From Gemmatimonadales bacterium (lineage in GTDB: Bacteria; Gemmatimonadota; Gemmatimonadetes; Gemmatimonadales; GWC2-71-9): 29,568 nt of DNA. A program made the translations under genes and the position numbers. The notes under the pieces were generated by a model, which was not told the origin of the DNA, did not search any database, and saw only the letters and a program-made list of their open reading frames with translations. This document shows positions 15,674 to 23,549 of this stretch, in pieces. The number at the start of each line of letters is the position of its first letter. Positions within the stretch are counted from its first letter, which is position 1. The stretch spans positions 1-29,568 of the forward strand of contig DATEOL010000057.1 in NCBI GenBank assembly GCA_035274025.1, written 5' to 3'.

Positions 15674-18600
15674 AGCTCGACGACAAGTACCGGCTCGAGG
15701 AAGGCACAATCGCCCTCTCCGGCGTGCAGGCGCTGGTGCGACTTCCGCTGGACCAGCACCGCGCCGATGGCCGCGCGGGGCTCAACACGGCGACACTGAT
15801 CTCGGGATACCGTGGATCGCCCCTCGGTGGTTACGACTCGACGCTCCAGGCCGCAGCGAAGGTCCTCGCCGAGCACCAGGTCACGTTTCTCCCCGGTGTC
15901 AATGAAGACCTCGGTGCGACCGCGGTGTTCGGATCGCAGCTCGCGAATCTCCTGCCGAATCCGAAGTACGACGGTGTCCTCGGGATCTGGTATGGCAAGG
16001 GCCCGGGCGTCGATCGAACCGGTGACGCGTTCCGTCACGCGAACCTGACCGGGGTCGGCAAATACGGCGGCGTGCTTGCGGTCGCGGGTGACGATCCGGC
16101 GTCCAAGTCGTCGACGGTTCCGTCGGCCTCGGAAGTCGCCCTGTTTGATGCCCAGATGCCGATTCTCTATCCGAGCGACGCGCAGGGCGTGCTCGACCTC
16201 GGGCTCAAGGGCTTCGCGCTCTCGCGCTACTCCGGTCTCTGGGTCGGCTTCAAGCTCACGACCAACGTGGCGGATGAATTCTCCACGGCACTGGTCTCGC
16301 CGTCCCGCGCCGAATGGGTGAGGCCGGAGTTCGAGTTCCGCGGGAAGCCGTGGCAGCCGACCCAGAGTCATACTCTGATCCCGCCCTACAATCTCGATCT
16401 CGAGCAGGAATTGTGGGAAGGAAGGCTGGAGGCCGCGCGACATTTCGGTGCAGCCAACCGGCTCAACCGGACGACGGTCGACGCACCCGGCGCCTGGCTC
16501 GGCATCGTCGCCCCCGGAAAGACGTACCTCGACCTGCGCGAAGCGCTCATCCGGCTCGGCTTCTCCGATGACGACCTGCGTCGCGCGGGGGTGCGTCTCT
16601 TCCGCGTCGACATGCTCTATCCGCTCGACGCCGGGACATTCCGCCGCTTTGCGAGTGGGCTCGAGGAAGTTCTGGTGATCGAGGAGAAGCGGAACTTTCT
16701 GGAGCTCCTCGTCCGTGACGCGCTCTACAACATGCCGGACCGCCCGCGAGTCGTCGGAAAGCGCGACGAGCAGGAGCGGATCCTGGTGCCTGGCCATGGC
16801 GAGCTCGAAGCGGAGAGCCTCCTGCCGGTGCTGGTCGCTCGTTTGCGGGCAAGGCTCGGTGACGTCGACGAACGACTCGCCCGGATCGCCGCCGGGCGCG
16901 GCGCGATCCAGGCGCCCCTCGGCCTCCCCATGCAGCGGCTGGCGTACTTCTGCTCCGGGTGTCCGCACAACCGGTCGACCGTGGTGCCCGAAGGGTCGAT
17001 CGCCGCCGCCGGCATCGGCTGTCACGGGATGGCGATCACCATGGAGCGGATCGGCGCGGGCTTCACCCAGATGGGAGGCGAGGGCGCGCAGTGGGTCGGC
17101 GCCTCGTTCTTCACCGGCACGCCCCACCTCTTCCAGAACATCGGGGACGGGACGCTCTTTCATTCCGGCTCGCTCGCGATCCGGCAGGCCATCGCGTCGG
17201 GCGCCAACATCACCTACAAGATCCTCTACAACGGCGCGGTCGCCATGACCGGCGGCCAGCACGCCGACGGCGCGATCGGAATCCCCGACCTCACGCGGGA
17301 GCTGGCCGCCGAAGGAGTCCGCCGCACCGTGGTGCTCACCGACGAGCCCGAGCGCTATGACGGCGTGACGCTCGCCCCGGGTGTCGGCGTCTTCGGGCGT
17401 GAGAACCTGGACCAGGTGCAACGAGAGCTTCGCAACCTTCCCGGTGTAACCGCGCTCATCTACGACCAGCACTGCGCAGCAGACCTCCGTCGCAAGCGGA
17501 AGCGCGGGCTCGCGCCCGAGCGCGCGATGCGCGTCATCATCAACGAGCGCGTCTGCGAGGGCTGCGGCGACTGCGGGGTCAAGTCGAACTGCCTGAGCGT
17601 GCTGCCGGTCGACACCGAGTTCGGCCGGAAGACGCGGATTCATCAGTCGTCGTGCAATACCGATTACTCGTGCCTGGAAGGCGACTGTCCGGCCTTTGTG
17701 ACGGCGATCCCGGTCAAGGCGGTTGGGGCGGTTGGGGCGGTTGGAGCGGTCAAGGCGTTTGAGCCGATTGGCGCTGACCTTCCTGCCCCGGCTGACCAGC
17801 GATCGGGCGACACGAACCTCTACCTGATGGGGATCGGCGGGACCGGCGTCGTGACCGTGAATCAGGTGCTCGGGACCGCGGCGTTGATGGACGGATACTC
17901 GGTGCGCTGCCTCGACCAGACGGGATTGAGCCAGAAGGGCGGCGCGGTCGTCTCGCACCTCAAGATCACGGCCGCGCCCGCCGAAGTATCCAACAAGGTC
18001 GGCCTCGGTGAGGCGGATGGGTACATCGGGTTCGACCTGCTGACCGCGGCGGACAGCCGGCACTTGATGCGGACACGGCCGGACCGTTCGGTCGCGATCA
18101 TCTCGTCGAGCCGGATTCCCACCGGCCTCATGGTACGCAACGCCGCCGTGCCGTTCCCGGAGTCCGACCTGCTTCATCGCCGCATCAACGCGTCGACGCT
18201 GCCGGGCCGGAATGTGTACCTGGACGCGGACGGTCTCGCGAGCTCGTTCTTCGGCTCGCACATGGCCGCGAACTTCATCGTGGTCGGCGCGGCGTTCCAG
18301 GCCGGCCTGATGCCGATGAAGGCCGAGACCATCGAACAGGCGATCACGCTGAACGGCGCGTCGACGGCGATGAACATCCAGGCCTTCAGGCTGGGTAGAC
18401 AGCTTGTTCTCGATCCGGCGTGGAGCCCAGGACCTGAGGACCCAAGGACAGAAACAGCGGTTCCGACGAGTCACCGGACCGAATTGGAGAGGCTCCTCGC
18501 CATTCGGGTTCCCGATCTTGTCGCTTATCAGAACGAAGCCTACGCGACGACCTATCGCGAATTTGTGGATCGGGTCGCCCGCCGTGAAAGCGAGCTTGGG

Positions 18601-19122
18601 CTGGGTTCCGAGCTCGCTGAGTCGGTCGCCCGTTACCTCTACAAGCTGATGGCGTACAAGGATGAGTACGAGGTCGCGCGCCTCAGTCTCGACCCTGGAT
18701 TCGACCAGATCGTGAAAGAGGCGGTGGGAGAAGGCGCGAAGATCAGCTGGCGCCTGCACCCGCCAGCCCTCCGGGCGATGGGTCTCAAGAAGAAGCTTTC
18801 ACTCGGGGCCTGGTTCAGGCCGGTATTCCGCCTGCTCCGCTGGGGACGGAGGGTCCGCGGTACGGCGCTGGATCCCTTCGGGCGGGATGCGATCCGGAAG
18901 CTCGAGCGCGAGCTGATCGTGGAGTATCGGGAGCTGATCGAGCGCGAGCTCGCCACGCTCTCGGCCGAGACGCACGCGAGAGCGGTCGCTCTCGCGAAAC
19001 TGCCCGACATGGTTCGAGGGTACGAAGATGTGAAGCGGAAGAACGTCGAACGCTATCGGCTGGCGATCGCCGCTACGCTGACTGAAGCGGCTCCCGAGCG
19101 CGTTGCGGCGGCTGTGGGGTGA
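15670..19122 (+). CDS. Indolepyruvate:ferredoxin oxidoreductase family protein (fused alpha/beta, 1150 aa)
   Basis: SGYRGSPLGG, WYGKGPGVDR, FCSGCPHN, GIGCH, TPP motif GDGT..HSG...KILYN.AVAMTGGQ, Fe-S VCEGCGDCG..SNC and CN.D.SC..G.CP, GIGGTGVVT, DQTGLSQKGG, KLMAYKDEYEVARL. Confidence 0.92.
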   Translation: MKLDDKYRLEEGTIALSGVQALVRLPLDQHRADGRAGLNTATLISGYRGSPLGGYDSTLQAAAKVLAEHQVTFLPGVNEDLGATAVFGSQLANLLPNPKYDGVLGIWYGKGPGVDRTGDAFRHANLTGVGKYGGVLAVAGDDPASKSSTVPSASEVALFDAQMPILYPSDAQGVLDLGLKGFALSRYSGLWVGFKLTTNVADEFSTALVSPSRAEWVRPEFEFRGKPWQPTQSHTLIPPYNLDLEQELWEGRLEAARHFGAANRLNRTTVDAPGAWLGIVAPGKTYLDLREALIRLGFSDDDLRRAGVRLFRVDMLYPLDAGTFRRFASGLEEVLVIEEKRNFLELLVRDALYNMPDRPRVVGKRDEQERILVPGHGELEAESLLPVLVARLRARLGDVDERLARIAAGRGAIQAPLGLPMQRLAYFCSGCPHNRSTVVPEGSIAAAGIGCHGMAITMERIGAGFTQMGGEGAQWVGASFFTGTPHLFQNIGDGTLFHSGSLAIRQAIASGANITYKILYNGAVAMTGGQHADGAIGIPDLTRELAAEGVRRTVVLTDEPERYDGVTLAPGVGVFGRENLDQVQRELRNLPGVTALIYDQHCAADLRRKRKRGLAPERAMRVIINERVCEGCGDCGVKSNCLSVLPVDTEFGRKTRIHQSSCNTDYSCLEGDCPAFVTAIPVKAVGAVGAVGAVKAFEPIGADLPAPADQRSGDTNLYLMGIGGTGVVTVNQVLGTAALMDGYSVRCLDQTGLSQKGGAVVSHLKITAAPAEVSNKVGLGEADGYIGFDLLTAADSRHLMRTRPDRSVAIISSSRIPTGLMVRNAAVPFPESDLLHRRINASTLPGRNVYLDADGLASSFFGSHMAANFIVVGAAFQAGLMPMKAETIEQAITLNGASTAMNIQAFRLGRQLVLDPAWSPGPEDPRTETAVPTSHRTELERLLAIRVPDLVAYQNEAYATTYREFVDRVARRESELGLGSELAESVARYLYKLMAYKDEYEVARLSLDPGFDQIVKEAVGEGAKISWRLHPPALRAMGLKKKLSLGAWFRPVFRLLRWGRRVRGTALDPFGRDAIRKLERELIVEYRELIERELATLSAETHARAVALAKLPDMVRGYEDVKRKNVERYRLAIAATLTEAAPERVAAAVG
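17711..17800. repeat. 9-bp arrays in the interdomain linker of the oxidoreductase
   Basis: GCGGTTGGG GCGGTTGGG GCGGTTGGA GCGGTCAAG (encodes AVGAVGAVGAVK), followed by the loosely inverted CTGACCTTC CTGCCCCGG CTGACCAGC. Confidence 0.6.
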
Positions 19123-19144
19123 GATCGTTGAGTCAGGGCCATGC

Positions 19145-19175
19145 ATCCGCAGATGACGCAGGTGCTCGCAGATGA
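19145..19175 (+). repeat. REP-like terminal inverted repeat, left copy
   Basis: ATCCGCAGATGACGCAG-GTGCTCGCA-GATGA; 27/31 match to the reverse complement of 19548-19578. Confidence 0.85.
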
Positions 19176-19570
19176 CTCCCACCGCCCCTTGATATCCCGA
19201 GGCCTCCCGGGCACGCCTGAGCAGCGCCAGTTTGGCTCGACCCGAAGGGTATGGTGAACAGCCCTGACGGAGACCCAGGCTGACGCGGCGTGCCGTCGCG
19301 GTTGTTTACAACAACTGCCCGGACTCCGCTCGAGCTGCGATCTGTCCCGTGCCGCGATCGCTCAGTGACAATCCTTGACATCGGTGGGAATCGGTGGACG
19401 GCCGTATGGATCTCCACCCGGAATGGGACGACGCTGGAGATGGGTGAAACCTGCGATCTGCCCCCCGGAATTCCCGGATGACCCTTTTTTCAATAACAAC
19501 AACCAATGATCCTCACCCTGAGGATGGTCCTCGGGCGGCGCAGGGAATCATCGGCGAAGATCTGCGTCAT
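19176..19570 (-). pseudogene. Probable decayed GxxExxY-like (PD-(D/E)xK) gene between the inverted repeats
   Basis: One frame from ATG 19570: MTQIFADD...RIIGCCY-(TGA 19492-19490)-KKGHPG...FRVEIHTAV...AVVVNN...GLFTIPFG. These pieces are collinear by eye with the GxxExxY landmarks IIG..Y / LGPG / VE.Q..V / VIVELK / GLL.NFG, but the GxxExxY motif itself is gone. Confidence 0.35.
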
Positions 19571-19578
19571 CTGCGGAT
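19548..19578 (-). repeat. REP-like terminal inverted repeat, right copy
   Basis: Minus strand ATCCGCAGATGACGCAG-ATCTTCGCC-GATGA (reads PQMTQIFAD). Confidence 0.85.
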
Positions 19579-19608
19579 TCCTCGTTCTGGCGCACTGAGC
19601 CCAAGAGC

Positions 19609-22233
19609 TCATTCGGAACGAAGCGCAGAGGTCGGATCCAACCGCGATGCCCTTCGGGCCGGCAGGTAACTGGCCGCGAGCGCCACGAGGATCGTCACTC
19701 CGGCCGCCACCACGAATGTCACCAGATCGCGCGGACTGATGTCGAACAGGATCGAGGAGAGGATTCTGGCGCTCATCCACGCCGCCGTGAGTCCCAGTGC
19801 CACGCCAATCACCACCGCGCCCAGTCCCTGACGCACTACGAGCCACCGCACCCGTCGGGGATCGGCGCCGATCGCAATCCGCACGCCGATTTCCCGGGTG
19901 CGTTGCGATACCGCGTGGTTGAGAACGCCGAAGAGCCCGGCCGCGAAGAGGGCGGTGGCGAAGGCTGCGAATCCGCCGAGCAGCGCGCCGGTGAACCGCT
20001 GGGTCGCCGTCGACGCACGGAACCTTGTCATCAGGGTGTTTGCCCCCCGCACCGGGACCTCGCGATCGATCCCGGCGATGACCTGACGCAGAGCCGATTC
20101 GAAGGCCGGTGGCGACATGGTTGTCCGGACCACGAGATCCGCTTCGTCTCCTCCACCCGAGGCTCGCCGATAGATGTGGAGCGCGCCACGGAGCTCACCC
20201 ACTCCGAGCCCAGGCACGTTGCCTGCCACGCCGAGGATCTCGTTCCAGCGGCCTTCCTTCCCGATCCGGATGCGGTGGCCGATCGCGCCGCCGCCGGGCC
20301 AATATCGGTCGGCGAGCGCGCGGCTGATGACATATCCGCCGTCCGTGCCGGCCCGCCCGTCGAACGTTCCTCCGGCGATGAGCGGGATCCGCATGACCGT
20401 GAAGTAGTCTGGCTCGACTGTCTGGTACGCGAAGAATGACTCCCGATCGTTCTCACCCAACACCCTGCCTTCGATCTCCAGCTCACCGAACGCCACACCC
20501 ACATTGGGAGGAACGCCGGAAGCACGGGTCACGGCTTCGACGCCGGCCATTGAACGCACGGCATCGGTCGCCTGGACGAGAAATGCCTCTCGCGCAACGG
20601 GACTCTGGAACCGCCAGTCAGGCAGCTGGAGCTGTGCGCTGATGATCTCACCCGGATTGAACCCCAAGTCGAGCTGCCCCAGGCGCCACAGTGAGCGAGT
20701 CACCAGTCCTGCGCCGACGAGCAGGACCAGCGACAGTCCGACTTCGGTGACCAGGAGCGCTTCTCGCAACCGGCGACCTTCGGGCCGCCCCGCGGCCCAG
20801 CCGCCGTGGAGCAGCTCCGCCGGGGCCGCACGTGATCCGCGCCATGCGGGCAGGAGTCCCGCGAGCAGCGTCACCACGAGTCCGAGCACAACCGCGATGA
20901 TTCCCGCCGTCGGATCGGGATGCAAGGCCTCGAGAATGCCGAGCTCCTGAGGGCGATTGGCTGCAATCAGCCTGACCAGCGGGAAGGAGAGCGCGAGTCC
21001 CAGTGCCGCGCCCGCGACCCCGATCACCCCGGCCTCGAGGAGACCAGACCAGGCCAGATTGGCACGAGACGCGCCAAGTGCCGAGCGAACCGCGCGCTCG
21101 CTGCGGCGCGAGATCATGCGCCCGAGCAGCAGGTGCGCGACGTTGGCGCACGCGATGAGCAGCAGCACTCCGACCGAGCCGAGCAGGATGTACAGCGTTC
21201 GGACGTTCCGGGCACCGATCTGGTTGCTCGCCGCATCGTCCACCCGGGTCTGATACTCCAGCAGGTCCTTCTGCGCTGTGGCGAGCCGCGCATCCAGCGT
21301 CCGGAGCTCGGCCCTCGCCGAGGCGACTCCCACACCAGGGCGGAGCCTTCCGAGCGTGACCGCATTCCTGTCGGGATCGGGACGGATCGGGAGCGGCAGC
21401 AGGAACTGGGTGACTCCCCCGCGCCACGCCCCGGGCAGGAAATCAAGCTCGCGTGGCAGCACGCCGACGATCTCGACCGGCTTGTTGTCGAGCTGTACGA
21501 TGCGGCCGACGATCTCCGGATCCCCCGAATAGCGGCGCTGCCACCAGGTGCGGCCGATCATGGCGACACGAGGCGCACCCTCCTCCCGATCGGCGGGTAC
21601 AAACCGGCGACCCAGCGCCGGTTGGAGACCCGTGAAGTCGAAGAAGGTTTCCGCGACGCTCTTCACCTGGACGATCTCGGCCCCACCGTCGTTCGAGAGC
21701 GTCGCGCTGGATGGAAGGACCGGCTCGAGGGATTCCAGGGTCTTCGATTCGGACCGCCAGAACTCGAGCGCCATGAATTGCGGCGTGAGGCGGACCTGGC
21801 TCGCGGGGATCTCGTGCCACAGCGTCACCAGGCGTTCACTGTCTCGCCAGGGGAACGGCTTGATCACGACCTGTCGCACCACGGTCCAGAGCGCGATCGC
21901 GGCACCCATGCCGAGTCCGAGCGTTCCCGCGGCAGTGGCGAGCAGCATCGGTTGGCGCGCGAGTCGCCGCACGGCGAGGCCAATGTCCTGGCGGACATCC
22001 GCCAGGCGGTCGGTCCAGCGGACCTCGCGCTCCGCTGCGCGATCCTGGTCCAGGCAATACGCCCGCGTGGCGGCAACATCGCCGAATTCGGCGGCCGCAG
22101 CTCGCCGTGCCTCGGCGGCCTCGAGGCCCTCCCGCTCGAGCTCCGCCGCGCGAGCCGCGAGATGAAAGGCGATCTCCTCGTCCACCTCGGAAGCCAGCAT
22201 GGCGCGGGTGCGCCACGGAAAGCGGAACTTCAC
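19609..22233 (-). CDS. ADOP-family duplicated orphan ABC permease (MacB/FtsX domains twice)
   Basis: GTG start overlapping the padR stop (GTGA); N-terminal EVDEEI.FHL prefix; L.LG.GA..A, LI.CANVA.L, ER.VR.ALGASR, V.QRTREIG.R.A.GA, YLPARRA...DP..ALRSE. Confidence 0.9.
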   Translation of the reverse strand: MKFRFPWRTRAMLASEVDEEIAFHLAARAAELEREGLEAAEARRAAAAEFGDVAATRAYCLDQDRAAEREVRWTDRLADVRQDIGLAVRRLARQPMLLATAAGTLGLGMGAAIALWTVVRQVVIKPFPWRDSERLVTLWHEIPASQVRLTPQFMALEFWRSESKTLESLEPVLPSSATLSNDGGAEIVQVKSVAETFFDFTGLQPALGRRFVPADREEGAPRVAMIGRTWWQRRYSGDPEIVGRIVQLDNKPVEIVGVLPRELDFLPGAWRGGVTQFLLPLPIRPDPDRNAVTLGRLRPGVGVASARAELRTLDARLATAQKDLLEYQTRVDDAASNQIGARNVRTLYILLGSVGVLLLIACANVAHLLLGRMISRRSERAVRSALGASRANLAWSGLLEAGVIGVAGAALGLALSFPLVRLIAANRPQELGILEALHPDPTAGIIAVVLGLVVTLLAGLLPAWRGSRAAPAELLHGGWAAGRPEGRRLREALLVTEVGLSLVLLVGAGLVTRSLWRLGQLDLGFNPGEIISAQLQLPDWRFQSPVAREAFLVQATDAVRSMAGVEAVTRASGVPPNVGVAFGELEIEGRVLGENDRESFFAYQTVEPDYFTVMRIPLIAGGTFDGRAGTDGGYVISRALADRYWPGGGAIGHRIRIGKEGRWNEILGVAGNVPGLGVGELRGALHIYRRASGGGDEADLVVRTTMSPPAFESALRQVIAGIDREVPVRGANTLMTRFRASTATQRFTGALLGGFAAFATALFAAGLFGVLNHAVSQRTREIGVRIAIGADPRRVRWLVVRQGLGAVVIGVALGLTAAWMSARILSSILFDISPRDLVTFVVAAGVTILVALAASYLPARRASRLDPTSALRSE

Positions 22234-22559
22234 GCTTCGGCGCTCCGGGCGTCGAGCACCTGGAAGAGGGCCTTTGCGAGCGCCCGCCATTCGGCCGTCT
22301 CCTCCCGCAGCTGGCGTCGTCCTGCGGAAGTCAGGCGATAGAACCGGGCCCGGCGGTTGTTCTCCGACGGACCCCACTCCGACTCGATGGCGCCCTGGCG
22401 CTCGAGGCGGTGCAGGCCCTGGTAGAGCGCGGCATCCTCCAGGGCGAGGGCCTCTTCACTACGCTCGCGGACCCAGCGGGAGATGGCGAAGCCATGCATG
22501 GGGCCCCAGGAGAGGGCTTTGAGAAGGAGGATGTCGACTGATCCGGATGGCAGTACCAT
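22230..22559 (-). CDS. PadR-family transcriptional regulator (acidobacterial ADOP-associated type)
   Basis: D.L.LKAL..GPMHG..I, ALY..L.RLE..G.I..EWG.SENNRRA.FY.LT..GR.QL. Confidence 0.92.
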   Translation of the reverse strand: MVLPSGSVDILLLKALSWGPMHGFAISRWVRERSEEALALEDAALYQGLHRLERQGAIESEWGPSENNRRARFYRLTSAGRRQLREETAEWRALAKALFQVLDARSAEA

Positions 22560-22565
22560 GGGCTT

Positions 22566-22584
22566 CCTCTCACGTCGTGAGGGG
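22566..22584. promoter_or_regulatory. Candidate PadR operator overlapping the SD and transcription start of padR-ADOP
   Basis: Minus strand CCCCTCA-CGACG-TGAGAGG (7-5-7, one mismatch), immediately downstream of a -10-like box. Confidence 0.6.
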
Positions 22585-22614
22585 AAGGTAAGTCAGGGGT
22601 GACGAATGTGACAA
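22585..22614 (-). promoter_or_regulatory. Sigma70-like promoter for padR-ADOP
   Basis: Minus strand TTGTCA-N18-TACCTT. Confidence 0.5.
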
Positions 22615-22625
22615 GAGGGGAACGG

Positions 22626-22698
22626 CAATTTCAGATTCCAGATTCCAGAATCAGGAAACCTCTGAATTCTGAAATCTGAAATCTGAAATCTGAAATTG
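22626..22698. repeat. Converging 7-bp arrays forming a long AT-rich hairpin
   Basis: TTTCAGA TTCCAGA TTCCAGA (22629-22649) versus TCTGAAT + (TCTGAAA)x4 (22661-22695); outer 12 bp CAATTTCAGATT/AATCTGAAATTG are perfectly complementary. Confidence 0.85.
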
Positions 22699-22703
22699 TT
22701 GTT

Positions 22704-23498
22704 CTATGCCACGTAGGCCTTGACCCAATCCTCCAATTGAACCAGGTCGAGAACCGTGTCCTTGCATGGTCCTGAAGGGAGCTTCAACACGAGGCCGAGT
22801 ACCGGCACCTTCCCCGCCACGTCGTGCAGCCCGCTCACCATGTCCCGCTCGCAGGCCACCGCAACTACCGCGCGAGGACGCCGCTCACGTATGACACGTC
22901 GCGCCAGCTGGCCTCGCGTCGCGACAAAGACCGGCACCGCGTACCGCTTCGCCACGCTCAGCACCCCCTCGAGCGCGTCCCGCGACAGGCAGCGCGGCAC
23001 CAGCAGCAGTAGTTCCCCGGTGTTGACCTTACGGTGCCGGATCAGCTCGAGTGTGTTATAAACCTTCACTGACGCATTTTCGACCCAGTCCCGGCGGCCG
23101 AACCGGCTCGCGACTCGTGAAGTCCACCGCATGAGGCGGAGATAGAGCCCGCGCTCGGCGAGCCATCCGGGAAGCAACGGACGCCTGCTGACATAGGTAA
23201 GCGCGAGCAGCGCCCACCAGATCCACGCCAGGGCGGCAATCCCCACGACCGTGAGGGTTACCACCGTCACGAGCCGGGGGTCGATCGAGCCGAGATGGGG
23301 ACGGAGCAGCCAGGCCAGGGCGAACAACGCGCCAAGTCCCACGGCCGTCGCGGCGGCCGACCAGGCAAAGAAGAGCTTGGGTGGGGAATCGAAGTCGCCG
23401 TCGCGGGGCAAGGGAGATCCATCCCACTCATCCCACTCGTGGCCCAGCCTGCGATCGGTCTCGAGCTTGATGAGCTCCGCGCGCGGAGATTCGGACAT
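22704..23498 (-). CDS. DUF116 domain membrane protein
   Basis: Start MSESPRAEL (23498); two TM helices, then LL.P.CL, VFVAT.G..AR, AVVAVACERD..SG, GPCKDT. Confidence 0.8.
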   Translation of the reverse strand: MSESPRAELIKLETDRRLGHEWDEWDGSPLPRDGDFDSPPKLFFAWSAAATAVGLGALFALAWLLRPHLGSIDPRLVTVVTLTVVGIAALAWIWWALLALTYVSRRPLLPGWLAERGLYLRLMRWTSRVASRFGRRDWVENASVKVYNTLELIRHRKVNTGELLLLVPRCLSRDALEGVLSVAKRYAVPVFVATRGQLARRVIRERRPRAVVAVACERDMVSGLHDVAGKVPVLGLVLKLPSGPCKDTVLDLVQLEDWVKAYVA

Positions 23499-23549
23499 AG
23501 GCCTGCAAATAATACCGGTTCCCGGGGTCATTACCTAACTTTTGGCCGA

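Noticed and set aside
15457-18759. 1100-aa minus-strand ORF
   Set aside because: Antisense shadow of the IOR gene; long stop-free reverse frames are expected with high-GC codon bias, and it has no recognisable motifs.
19290-19481. Plus-strand 63-aa ORF with TPLELRS...TILDIGGNRW resembling HigB toxin (FDIGGNKY)
   Set aside because: Only a five-residue match, wrong spacing, no N- or C-terminal HigB motifs and no antitoxin. The minus-strand GxxExxY reading fits the flanking repeats better. Not fully excluded without an HMM search.
19490-19492. In-frame TGA after GCCY in a genome with selD, suggesting possible selenocysteine read-through
   Set aside because: The downstream frame lacks the family's conserved motif, no SECIS-like hairpin was recognised, and GxxExxY proteins are not known selenoproteins. 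A nonsense mutation is simpler.
22234-22377. N-terminal extension of the ADOP ORF
   Set aside because: Overlaps padR; the GTG at 22233 gives the typical GTGA coupling and family N-terminus.
22629-22695. Repeat arrays as CRISPR
   Set aside because: Units are 7-9 bp and contiguous, with no unique spacers and no cas genes.
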